From Candidatus Omnitrophota bacterium (GTDB taxonomy: Bacteria > Omnitrophota > Gorgyraeia > JABMRN01 > RBG-13-46-9): a stretch of 64,000 nt of DNA. Under the pieces are notes generated by a model. It was given only the letters and a program-made list of their open reading frames with translations. It was not told the origin of the DNA and ran no database searches. Below are positions 1-8,362 of this stretch, piece after piece. The stretch is from positions 2,355-66,354 of the forward strand of contig JAUWBJ010000002.1 of assembly GCA_030605095.1 (NCBI GenBank), in the 5' to 3' direction. Every line of letters begins with the position of its first letter. Positions within the stretch are counted from its first letter, which is position 1. The translations under genes were made by a program, and so were the position numbers.

Positions 1-2
1 AA

Positions 3-221
3 GCGCTTATCGGGGCCATAGTTAAAATGAAGGATGTAGACTCGGGAGAAGAGCTTCGGTATACCCTGGTATCGGAGCTGGAAGCGGATTATTCACAGGG
101 CAAGATTTCCGTGGATTCACCCATAGGTAAGGGATTGTTGGGCCATAAGAAAAACGAAATAGTTGAGATTGAAGTTCCCGCAGGTATCCTGAAGTATAAA
201 ATACTAAAGATATCGAGATAA
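3..221 (+). CDS. greA: Transcription elongation factor GreA, C-terminal part (truncated by window edge)
   Basis: YTLVSELEADYSQGKISVDSPIGKGLLG...VEIEVPAG is the GreA/GreB C-terminal motif. Confidence 0.9.
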   Translation, partial: ALIGAIVKMKDVDSGEELRYTLVSELEADYSQGKISVDSPIGKGLLGHKKNEIVEIEVPAGILKYKILKISR

Positions 222-256
222 AGAAACGATTCTCACGAAAAATTTGGTTTATAGTT

Positions 257-285
257 TTGACTTACATCGCTAATTGATGTATAAT
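257..285 (+). promoter_or_regulatory. Sigma70-type promoter
   Basis: TTGACT-17 bp-TATAAT upstream of the small zinc-ribbon gene. Confidence 0.7.
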
Positions 286-329
286 ACTGAATAATAGTTC
301 CAGAGAAACAAACTTAAAAAGGAGGTAAC

Positions 330-497
330 ATGGGATATCAACAAGGTGGCGGTGGATTTGACAGAGGACCGCGAGAGATGCACAAGGCGATTTGCGCAGA
401 CTGTAAGAAAGAATGCGAAGTTCCCTTCAAACCTAGCGGAGACCGTCCGGTATATTGCAGGGAGTGCTTTTCAAAGCGCAGGAACGAAGGTCGTTAA
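330..497 (+). CDS. Small CxxC-x17-CxxC zinc-ribbon protein, 55 aa (not in ORF track)
   Basis: AGGAGG SD, then MGYQQGGGGFDRGPREMHKAICADCKKECEVPFKPSGDRPVYCRECFSKRRNEGR*. Confidence 0.9.
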   Translation: MGYQQGGGGFDRGPREMHKAICADCKKECEVPFKPSGDRPVYCRECFSKRRNEGR

Positions 498-530
498 AAG
501 TAAGTGATTGAGGTTTTGGGACTTTTATTT

Positions 531-560
531 AAATGCCCTCTTTTTAACAGAGGGCATTTT
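531..560 (+). terminator. Intrinsic terminator
   Basis: AAATGCCCTC...GAGGGCATTTT hairpin with T-rich tail. Confidence 0.7.
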
Positions 561-649
561 GCTTTTCCCGGACAATGTGTTTCCTGGAGGGTATAATCCG
601 AATTATAGGATATCCCGCGCGGGATGGCCAAAGATAAAAGGAGGGTATA

Positions 650-829
650 TTGGCAAGAGATAATTATTCGTATCGAAAGCGTCAGAAAGAATTGGCAAAG
701 AAAAAGAAGAAAGAAGAAAAAAGACAACGCAAACTGGATAGAAAAAACATGCAGTCAAAAGAGAGCGAAGCGCAAGTTCCGAATGAGGAAAGAGAGCAGG
801 GTCCGAACGAGAATATCGCTCCTATCTAA
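650..829 (+). CDS. Small basic coiled-coil protein, 59 aa, TTG start (not in ORF track)
   Basis: AGGAGG SD before TTG; MARDNYSYRKRQKELAKKKKKEEKRQRKLDRK...; better supported than the overlapping 624..848 ORF. Confidence 0.7.
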   Translation: MARDNYSYRKRQKELAKKKKKEEKRQRKLDRKNMQSKESEAQVPNEEREQGPNENIAPI

Positions 830-854
830 TACCATACTCCAAAAATGAACGTAG

Positions 855-1133
855 ATGTGGTATCTTTACATATTAAAGTGTGCCGATAATACCCTCTACA
901 CCGGCACAACAACCAACGTTTCTCGACGAGTAAACGAGCACAACCGCAAGAAAGGCGGCGCTTGCACTAGAGCCCGCTTGCCTGTTAAGCTAGTCCATAA
1001 AGAACCCTACAAAACCAGATCCAAAGCCCTCAAACGCGAAGCCCAAATCAAACGCTGGTCCCGTCAGAAGAAGCTCGCCTTCATATCCAGCGACAAACCC
1101 ACTCCTAAACACCTCAGCCGGTCACGCGACTAA
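855..1133 (+). CDS. GIY-YIG nuclease family protein (UPF0213/YhbQ-like)
   Basis: WYLYILKCADNTLYTGTT...RRVNEHN...ALKREAQIKRWSR. Confidence 0.9.
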   Translation: MWYLYILKCADNTLYTGTTTNVSRRVNEHNRKKGGACTRARLPVKLVHKEPYKTRSKALKREAQIKRWSRQKKLAFISSDKPTPKHLSRSRD

Positions 1134-1320
1134 CGCTTATCTCCCTATCTCTGAATCGGTCAATATTTAGCAGGTATTCTCGAATTTTTTATCTCTCTTT
1201 ATCTCTACAGCGCAAGTTCTTCTGTTTTTATACTAAAGATGGTATAATGTAGTAGAAGAAAGACACACAAAAAAGCATAGTTGACAACGCTATAGAGCAA
1301 ATGGAAAAAGGAGCTGATAA

Positions 1321-1563
1321 ATGTCAGATATAGCAGAAAAGGTTAAATCGGTTATTGCCGAACAGATGAAAATAAAACTGGAAAAAATTACGAAAAACGC
1401 AAAATTTGCCACCGACTTAGGTTTAGATTCCTTAGATATGGTTGAGTTGGTTATAGAATTAGAGGAAGGGTGGGATATTGAAATACCTGACGAAGAAGCC
1501 AAAAAATTAACAACGGTTAACGAAGCAATAAAATACATAGAAGAAAAAATGGCTTCAAAATAG
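1321..1563 (+). CDS. acpP: Acyl carrier protein
   Basis: [13 protein letters not shown] phosphopantetheine motif. Confidence 0.92.
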   Translation: MSDIAEKVKSVIAEQMKIKLEKITKNAKFATDLGLDSLDMVELVIELEEGWDIEIPDEEAKKLTTVNEAIKYIEEKMASK

Positions 1564-1609
1564 ATTTAAAGATGAATAATAAGTTATTACGATTTGAAAG
1601 GTTGCATTT

Positions 1610-1828
1610 ATGACAAAGGAAGAAGGTATAAAAGTCTCCGGCAAAATTACAGAAACCTTGCCCAATGCCATGTTCCGCGTGGAACTGGAAAACGGACATA
1701 AAGTACTGGCTTATCCCTGCGGCAAAATGAGAAGGCATTTTATAAGAATTTTACCCGGCGACACAGTTACGCTTGAGCTATCCCCCTACGATTTAACTAG
1801 AGGAAGAATTCTTTTTAGGCAGAGGTAA
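1610..1828 (+). CDS. infA: Translation initiation factor IF-1
   Basis: [16 protein letters not shown]...GKMR...[23 protein letters not shown]. Confidence 0.97.
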   Translation: MTKEEGIKVSGKITETLPNAMFRVELENGHKVLAYPCGKMRRHFIRILPGDTVTLELSPYDLTRGRILFRQR

Positions 1829-1896
1829 GATACGAAAAATGAAGATGCCTTATGCTAATAAGAAATACGTCAAAGAATTGAGAAAAGGTAGATGTT

Positions 1897-3006
1897 ATGT
1901 CTGATAAGTTAAAACCGCTTATAATAGGAGATTTAAAGATAAAAATACCTATCATTCAAGGCGGCATGGGAGTTAAGGTATCTACGGCTTCTTTGGCCAG
2001 CGCAGTCGCGAATTGCGGCGGTGCGGGAACCATAGCCAGTGTTGGGCTTGGTTACGGCACAGAGGAAAACGAAACGAATTTTGTTAAGGCCTCGAGAGAA
2101 GGGCTCCAAAAAGAAATACGTCAGGCTAAGGAATTAACTCAAGGGGTTGTAGGCGTAAACGTAATGGTGGCTCTCAGCAATTACGAGGATTTGGTGCGGA
2201 CTGCGGTAAAAGAGAAGGCGGATTTTATTGTTTCAGGAGCAGGTTTGCCTTTGAGCCTACCGGCATTTACCGAGGGTACTTCAATAAAGCTTATACCGAT
2301 CGTTTCATCAACGAGGGCAGCCGATATTATTATCAAAACATGGAAGAGGCGTTATAATCGTCTACCGGACGCTATTGTTGTTGAAGGCCCAATGGCAGGT
2401 GGACATTTAGGATTTAAATTCGAAGATTTGAAGCTACATAAAGGCGATAGCTTGGAGAGTTTAGTAGTGGCTGTTTTGAAGATGGTTAAAGAATACAAAA
2501 GTGAGCTAGGGGGAGATATCCCGGTTATAGCAGCGGGAGGGATATTTGATGGAAAAGACGTTGCTAAGTTCCTTGGATTGGGAGCGAAGGGTGTCCAAAT
2601 GGCGACCAGATTTGCTGTTACCTTTGAATGTTCCGTCGGGGATGGATTTAAAAAATTATATATTGCGGCCAAGGAAAAAGATGTCATTATCATAAAGAGC
2701 CCCGTTGGCATGCCGGGAAGAGCGATAAAGACCAAGCTTATTGATAGAGTGCTGCATGGCGAAAGAATGCCGTTTAAGTGTAACTATAAGTGCCTTAAAA
2801 CCTGTGATCCTACGACTGTTCCCTATTGCATAGCCAAAGCCTTATTTAACGCTGTAAGCGGTGACCTGGCTAACGCGGTTGTATTTGCGGGAAGTAACGT
2901 TGTAAAAGTGAAAAAGATCGTATCCGTGAAAGAGTTAATGAATGACCTTGTTAGCGAGGCCATCGAAGAGTTAAGGAATAGAGGTATAATCTCACAAAAG
3001 AAGTAG
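1897..3006 (+). CDS. Nitronate monooxygenase / FabK-like flavin enoyl-ACP reductase family
   Basis: PIIQGGMG, VEGPMAGGHLG, VIAAGGI, GVQMATRF. Confidence 0.85.
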   Translation: MSDKLKPLIIGDLKIKIPIIQGGMGVKVSTASLASAVANCGGAGTIASVGLGYGTEENETNFVKASREGLQKEIRQAKELTQGVVGVNVMVALSNYEDLVRTAVKEKADFIVSGAGLPLSLPAFTEGTSIKLIPIVSSTRAADIIIKTWKRRYNRLPDAIVVEGPMAGGHLGFKFEDLKLHKGDSLESLVVAVLKMVKEYKSELGGDIPVIAAGGIFDGKDVAKFLGLGAKGVQMATRFAVTFECSVGDGFKKLYIAAKEKDVIIIKSPVGMPGRAIKTKLIDRVLHGERMPFKCNYKCLKTCDPTTVPYCIAKALFNAVSGDLANAVVFAGSNVVKVKKIVSVKELMNDLVSEAIEELRNRGIISQKK

Positions 3007-3014
3007 GCCATGAC

Positions 3015-3425
3015 ATGAGATTCAGCGTAGGGATAGGCAAAGAGAGGGCCTTAAAGGCAAAGATGGATTCGTTGGGAATAAAAGAAACGGATTTAGAGGA
3101 AAAATTCATACGCTCGAGTAAGCCGGGCGGACAAAATGTCAACAAGACGTCCACATGCGTTTATCTCAAATACAAACCTACAGGCATCGAGGTCAAGTGT
3201 CAAAAAGAACGTTCTCAAGCTTTGAACCGGTTTCTTGCAAGAAGAATACTCGTTAATAAAATTGAATCACTCGTACTGGGTAGAAAGTCAGAGGAACGGA
3301 GGAGAATAGAAAAGATACGCCGTCAGAAACGAAAGCGTTCCCGTAGGGCCAAAGAGAAAATGCTCAGGTATAAAAAAATGCGTTCCGAAAAGAAAAAACT
3401 GCGCAAATTTCCCACCGCAGAATGA
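3015..3425 (+). CDS. Short peptide-chain release factor-like protein (ArfB-type peptidyl-tRNA hydrolase)
   Basis: GGQ motif (KPGGQNVNK), RSQALNR, basic C-terminal tail. Confidence 0.85.
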   Translation: MRFSVGIGKERALKAKMDSLGIKETDLEEKFIRSSKPGGQNVNKTSTCVYLKYKPTGIEVKCQKERSQALNRFLARRILVNKIESLVLGRKSEERRRIEKIRRQKRKRSRRAKEKMLRYKKMRSEKKKLRKFPTAE

Positions 3426-3444
3426 CAAAAGAAGGGATAGACAT

Positions 3445-4077
3445 ATGGGATTGCTGTCGCTCTTATTTAGAGATCCAATAGCATTTCTTTTATTAGTTCC
3501 ACTGCTTCTTTATTCGGTTATCGCTCACGAAATGGCGCATGGTTGGGTTGCTTCACTGTTTGGCGATAATACGGCGAAATACTCCGGTAGATTATCACTC
3601 AACCCGAAATCTCATCTTGACCCAATGGGGACGCTTGCGCTTTTTCTTATAGGGTTTGGATGGGCAAAGCCGGTGCCTGTTAACTATAGAAACTTGAGCA
3701 ATTCCCGTCGAGCCTTTATTGCTGTCTCGCTGGCGGGGTGCGCAATAAATATACTTATCGCAATGATCGCATTATTTTTACTGCATTTTCACACCTTTCG
3801 CACAAACCATCTCTTTGCATCGGCACTTCTCATTACAGCAAGGATAAATATTATACTGGGATCTTTCAACCTGATCCCTATACCTCCCCTGGATGGATCC
3901 CGAGTTCTTATGGAATTTCTGCCCAATAATGCCAAGTATAAACTTGCCGGACTAGAACGATATGGTTTTTTCATAATTATTATCTTGCTGTGGACGGGAA
4001 TTTTGAGCCCGATAATTACATTTGTTCAAAGCTTGATCATTGGGTTAATCGGGATACTATTGAGTTTCCTCGGGTAA
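3445..4077 (+). CDS. Site-2 protease (M50 family)
   Basis: HEMAH, GWAKPVP, FNLIPIPPLDG. Confidence 0.92.
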   Translation: MGLLSLLFRDPIAFLLLVPLLLYSVIAHEMAHGWVASLFGDNTAKYSGRLSLNPKSHLDPMGTLALFLIGFGWAKPVPVNYRNLSNSRRAFIAVSLAGCAINILIAMIALFLLHFHTFRTNHLFASALLITARINIILGSFNLIPIPPLDGSRVLMEFLPNNAKYKLAGLERYGFFIIIILLWTGILSPIITFVQSLIIGLIGILLSFLG

Positions 4078-4154
4078 TCAAAAATAGAGCCGTAGCCGAG
4101 TCTCAAAATAAATCTTGAGGCTCGTTGCTTTTAGGATTACAATATTGGTGAAAA

Positions 4155-5390
4155 ATGGAGAAGTTTGATGCGATTATAATCGGGGCGGGGCCGGCCGGCA
4201 TGATGGCCGCGATCCGCGCCGGTGAAAGAAACAGAAATATCCTCCTCGTTGAGCGGAACAATACCCCCGGCAAGAAACTCCTCATCTCGGGAAAAGGCAG
4301 GTGTAACCTTACCAATTCTTGCGATATCGAAGACTTTCTCGGGAAATTCTCCCGGTCGCGGCATTTCTTAAGAAATGCCTTCGCAAAGTTTTTTAACACC
4401 GATCTTATGTCATTTTTTGAAAATAACCGCCTTGAACTTAAGAAAGAACATGGCGGCCGCGTATTTCCGGAAAGCGATAAATCAGGCGATATCCTGAATG
4501 TCTTAAAAGCAAAGTTAAAAAATAAGAACATTAAAGTCCTCTCAGGCGAACGTGCCCGCGAGATCATTGTAAAGGATAAAAAAATAGAAGGCATTCTGAC
4601 GTATTCCAATAAGCGTTTTTTAGCGCCGCGCATTGCTATCGCCACAGGCGGCCTATCCTATCCCGGAACAGGTTCGACAGGCGATGGGTATAGGATCGCT
4701 CGAAATCTCGGCCATAAGATCATGCCTTTAAGGCCGGCTCTCTCGCCTATCCTCATTAAAGAAAGATTTATAAGAGACTGGCAGGGCATATCGCTTAAGA
4801 ATGCGCGTTTAACACTTTTTGCCGGCGGTAAAAGAATAGATGAAAGATTCGGCGAGATGCTATTCACCCACTTTGGTTTATCGGGCCCTGTTGTCCTTGA
4901 TATAAGCGCCGATCTCTACGATGCCTTAAAACTCAAAAGTGACGTAACGATATCCATTAACTTCAAGCCCGCCCTGGACTACAAAAAACTGGATGCCAGA
5001 TTACTGCGTGAATTTAAGACAAATTCCGGGAAAAGTATAAAAAATATATTTAAGAATCTTCTGCCCCGGGGTATAATAAGGCGATTTCTTGAATACTGTG
5101 GCGTAAGCGGAAATAAAGGCGCAAGCCAGATCCCAGCAGAGGAAAGAAAGCGTCTTATCAAGGGCTTATTTGATTTAAGATTGACCGTCAAGGGTGTGAT
5201 GCCGGTCAAAGACGGTATCGTTACGAGGGGCGGTGTGAATACAAAAGAGATAAATCCGAAGACCATGGAATCGAGACTTGTAAAGGGGCTTTTTTTCGCG
5301 GGTGAGATTATAGATATAGACGCCAAGACAGGCGGATACAACATGCAGGCAGCATTTTCTACGGGATGGGTTTGCGGTGATAATCTATGA
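4155..5390 (+). CDS. HI0933/BaiN (YhiN-like) FAD-dependent oxidoreductase
   Basis: GAGPAG, GKKLLISGKGRCNLTN, TGGYNMQAAFSTG. Confidence 0.9.
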   Translation: MEKFDAIIIGAGPAGMMAAIRAGERNRNILLVERNNTPGKKLLISGKGRCNLTNSCDIEDFLGKFSRSRHFLRNAFAKFFNTDLMSFFENNRLELKKEHGGRVFPESDKSGDILNVLKAKLKNKNIKVLSGERAREIIVKDKKIEGILTYSNKRFLAPRIAIATGGLSYPGTGSTGDGYRIARNLGHKIMPLRPALSPILIKERFIRDWQGISLKNARLTLFAGGKRIDERFGEMLFTHFGLSGPVVLDISADLYDALKLKSDVTISINFKPALDYKKLDARLLREFKTNSGKSIKNIFKNLLPRGIIRRFLEYCGVSGNKGASQIPAEERKRLIKGLFDLRLTVKGVMPVKDGIVTRGGVNTKEINPKTMESRLVKGLFFAGEIIDIDAKTGGYNMQAAFSTGWVCGDNL

Positions 5391-6061
5391 ACCCCGTTAG
5401 AAATTTTGATATACCAGGGAGAAAAAAGGATATTTCTAACGGGGTGAAATATAAAATAATATTAGCGTCGGCGTCAAAGAGGCGCTCGAAGATACTTGAA
5501 GAATGCGGGATACCGCACAGCGTCGTCATAAGTAATGTCCCCGAGAAGATGGACCATAAAAGGGGCGCGAGGTTCAATGTCCTGCATAATGCCCGACTCA
5601 AGACCGAAAAGGTAGCGGGTAGATATAAGGAAGGCTTTGTTATCGGCGTTGATACCGTTGTTTTATTAGGAAAGCGCCTAATCGGAAAACCAAAAACAAG
5701 AAAAGAGGCAAGATCCCTTCTCAACGCATTCTCGGGAAAGACAATCCTTGTCTGTACCGGGCTTTGCGTAATAGACGCTAAAAGAGCAAAATCAAAATGC
5801 GCAGTCGATATATCAAAGGTGCATGTCAAAAAGCTTTCGCGCAAAAAAATAGATAAATTCTTAAGAGTAGCAGGCCCTCATGACAAGGCAGGCGGTTTTT
5901 CGATAGAAGGCCCCGGAACATTCATATTCGATAATATAGAAGGTTCATTCTATAACATACTGGGCCTGCCCATGATGAAACTCTATGGGCTTTTTGAAGA
6001 ATTAGGCGTGGATCTTTTGGGCATGGCGGCATTATCAAATAGAGGAGGAGTTAGCATATGA
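5387..6061 (+). CDS. maf: Maf nucleotide pyrophosphatase; N-terminus extended by an inserted palindromic element
   Basis: IILASASKRR, IGVDTVV, DKAGGF, YNILGLP. Confidence 0.9.
   Translation: MNPVRNFDIPGRKKDISNGVKYKIILASASKRRSKILEECGIPHSVVISNVPEKMDHKRGARFNVLHNARLKTEKVAGRYKEGFVIGVDTVVLLGKRLIGKPKTRKEARSLLNAFSGKTILVCTGLCVIDAKRAKSKCAVDISKVHVKKLSRKKIDKFLRVAGPHDKAGGFSIEGPGTFIFDNIEGSFYNILGLPMMKLYGLFEELGVDLLGMAALSNRGGVSI
5392..5444. mobile_element. Short inverted-repeat element CCCCGTTAGAAA...TTTCTAACGGGG with TGAA duplication
   Basis: TGAA at 5388-5391 and 5445-5448; removal restores ATGAAATAT (MKYKIILAS). Confidence 0.75.
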
Positions 6062-6708
6062 GCCGGATAAAGACAAGATCGATCGAGAATATCGAACGCA
6101 GGATGGACGGAATCGATTCCAAATCCCTAAGATACCAGGTGCTTCAGAACGTTAAAGATTTCAAGACCTCGTGGATAGGCCTGGGGCAGGCGCTTTGCAC
6201 GGTATGGAAGGATAAGCTTTACAAGGAATGGGGCTATAACCAGTTCGATACATATACGTCAAAAGAAATAGGCATAAGGAAACAAACAGCGATGAAACTC
6301 CTCAAATCCTATTATTTTCTCGAAAAGGAAGAGCCGAAGTATCTCGGAAAGAATCCTGAGGATATTACCCCGGCGAAAGTTCCCTCCTATGAGACTGTGG
6401 ATGCATTGCGTCTGGCAAGCAGGAGAAAAGACATAGACAGGGCCGATTACGTGCGCATGAAAGAGAATGTTCTTGAATCAGGCAAGGATACCCGGGATGT
6501 CAGAGCCGCGCTTACACAACTAATAAAAAAGCGTGAAGAGCTCGAACCCGAAGAGGCGCGCGCCAAAAGAAGAATGGCGGTAATTAAGCGATTGATTAGT
6601 CTTTTAAAATCAGTGCGGCAGGAGATTAAGATAACAAAGCTCCTTCCGGTCGAGATAATAAAAGATGCCGATAGGTTGATAAACAAGCTAGAGTCAGAAA
6701 TCTCGTAA
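6058..6708 (+). CDS. Hypothetical protein (helical)
   Basis: GGAGGAG SD, 216-aa ORF overlapping the maf stop (ATGA). Confidence 0.75.
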   Translation: MSRIKTRSIENIERRMDGIDSKSLRYQVLQNVKDFKTSWIGLGQALCTVWKDKLYKEWGYNQFDTYTSKEIGIRKQTAMKLLKSYYFLEKEEPKYLGKNPEDITPAKVPSYETVDALRLASRRKDIDRADYVRMKENVLESGKDTRDVRAALTQLIKKREELEPEEARAKRRMAVIKRLISLLKSVRQEIKITKLLPVEIIKDADRLINKLESEIS

Positions 6709-6755
6709 AAAATTACATATGAAGCGGCGCTAAAGTTTAATTTCTGGAGAAAAAT

Positions 6756-7790
6756 ATGGTTAAAACAAAAATTATATGTACAGTAGGACCTTCAAGTGAA
6801 AATACTACCGTGCTTCGAAAAATGATGCTAGCGGGAATGGACGTAGCCCGGCTCAATTTTTCACACGCGAGTCATAAAGAACATCTAAGCCGCATAAACT
6901 TAATAAGAAAATTAAATAAAGAATACAGACGCCGTATAAAGATTCTGCAAGACCTCGAGGGTTACCGGATAAGGATAGGAACATTCAGAAATAGAAGTAA
7001 ATCCATAGAGTTAAAAAAAAGACAAACAGTCTATTTAAGCAATCAAAAGAAGGCCAATGATAGGACGACTATACCGTTTGATTATGAGGGCTCTCTCCGC
7101 GATATAAAAAGAGGCGTTTTCATATATATAGACGATGGCAATATCGCACTCAGGGTAAAATCCACATCAAAAAATCATGTACAAGCAGAAGTAGTTACAC
7201 CCGGAATCTTAAAGGAAAACAAAGGCGTTAATATCCCCGGTATTAAGCTTATCTTCAAGGATCTAACCGAAAAAGACAAGAAAGATTTGCAATTCGGCCT
7301 AAAGAACAAAGTGGATTTTATCGCGCAGTCATTTGTGAGGAATAAAAAGGACGTCCTTAACGTAAAGGAATTTGTAAATTATAGTAACGTAAAACCCCGG
7401 ATTATCGCAAAAATCGAAAACCGGGAAGGCATTAAAAATATTGATGGAATACTCGAAGTTGCAGACGGCATTATGATAGCGCGCGGTGATATGGGGGTAT
7501 CTTTACCCATATATGAGGTTCCTATGATGCAGAAAATGATTATAAAGAAGTGCATTAAGCGAAAGAAGATGGTGATTACCGCTACTCAAATGCTCGAAAG
7601 CATGACCGAGCATAAGAGGCCGACACGCGCTGAAGTAAGCGACATTGCAAATGCTATCCTTGATGGCTCCGGCTATTTGATGCTTTCCGGAGAAACCGCG
7701 ATAGGCGCATACCCTGCCCTGGCGGTAAAAATGATGAATGATATTATAAAATTTACAGAATATGCCTTGAAGAGACGGTCTAACAATTAA
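6756..7790 (+). CDS. pyk: Pyruvate kinase lacking the C-terminal regulatory domain
   Basis: TKIICTVGP, ARLNFSH, IAKIEN, MIARGDMG, TATQMLESM, MLSGETA. Confidence 0.93.
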   Translation: MVKTKIICTVGPSSENTTVLRKMMLAGMDVARLNFSHASHKEHLSRINLIRKLNKEYRRRIKILQDLEGYRIRIGTFRNRSKSIELKKRQTVYLSNQKKANDRTTIPFDYEGSLRDIKRGVFIYIDDGNIALRVKSTSKNHVQAEVVTPGILKENKGVNIPGIKLIFKDLTEKDKKDLQFGLKNKVDFIAQSFVRNKKDVLNVKEFVNYSNVKPRIIAKIENREGIKNIDGILEVADGIMIARGDMGVSLPIYEVPMMQKMIIKKCIKRKKMVITATQMLESMTEHKRPTRAEVSDIANAILDGSGYLMLSGETAIGAYPALAVKMMNDIIKFTEYALKRRSNN

Positions 7791-7864
7791 GGGCAATTCT
7801 CACGTTGCAGGGGGTTTTGCATTTTTGCGGTTTTACGTATATACTTATAAAAAAGGAGCGAGAT

Positions 7865-8254
7865 ATGGAAACATCTGTATTTATCGCCAGGATTTTTGGC
7901 ATATTTTATTTGGTTGCAGCGGCAGGCATGATGTTTAACCGGCAATTCTATCAGAAGTTCATGGAAGACTATTGCAAGAACACTGCGCTGGTTTTTTTCA
8001 GCGGGATGTTTGCACTTATTATCGGCATTGTTATAGTGTTAATTCATAATGTGTGGGTGGCCAACTGGACTGTGATGATTACAATCATAGGTTGGATTGC
8101 GCTCATCAAAGGTATATGGATAATTGTCTTTCCGAATACGGTGCCCAAGTTCATGCAAGCTTACCAGAAAAATGAAAACCTGCTGATAGTTCATTCAATT
8201 GGTGCGCTTATCTTTGGCGCTGTTTTGACTTTTTTTGGATTTTTTGCGGGATAG
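7865..8254 (+). CDS. Four-TM membrane protein
   Basis: AAGGAG SD before ATG 7865; four hydrophobic segments. Confidence 0.75.
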   Translation: METSVFIARIFGIFYLVAAAGMMFNRQFYQKFMEDYCKNTALVFFSGMFALIIGIVIVLIHNVWVANWTVMITIIGWIALIKGIWIIVFPNTVPKFMQAYQKNENLLIVHSIGALIFGAVLTFFGFFAG

Positions 8255-8362
8255 GACGCTTTACGCAATAGGCTCATCGCAGCAAACCAAAGACGTGAAG
8301 CTTCTGTAAGCACAATGATATATATTATCCGCTGCTCTTAAGTTTTTAGAAGGGGGGTCTGG

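Noticed and set aside
624-848. 74-aa ORF from the track
   Set aside because: The alternative frame 650..829 has a proper SD and a more protein-like sequence
769-1219. 11-bp direct repeat AGCGCAAGTTC around the GIY-YIG gene as a target duplication
   Set aside because: The first copy lies inside a coding sequence and the length is compatible with chance
1839-1904. Short ORF after infA as rpmJ
   Set aside because: 21 aa with no L36 zinc-ribbon motif
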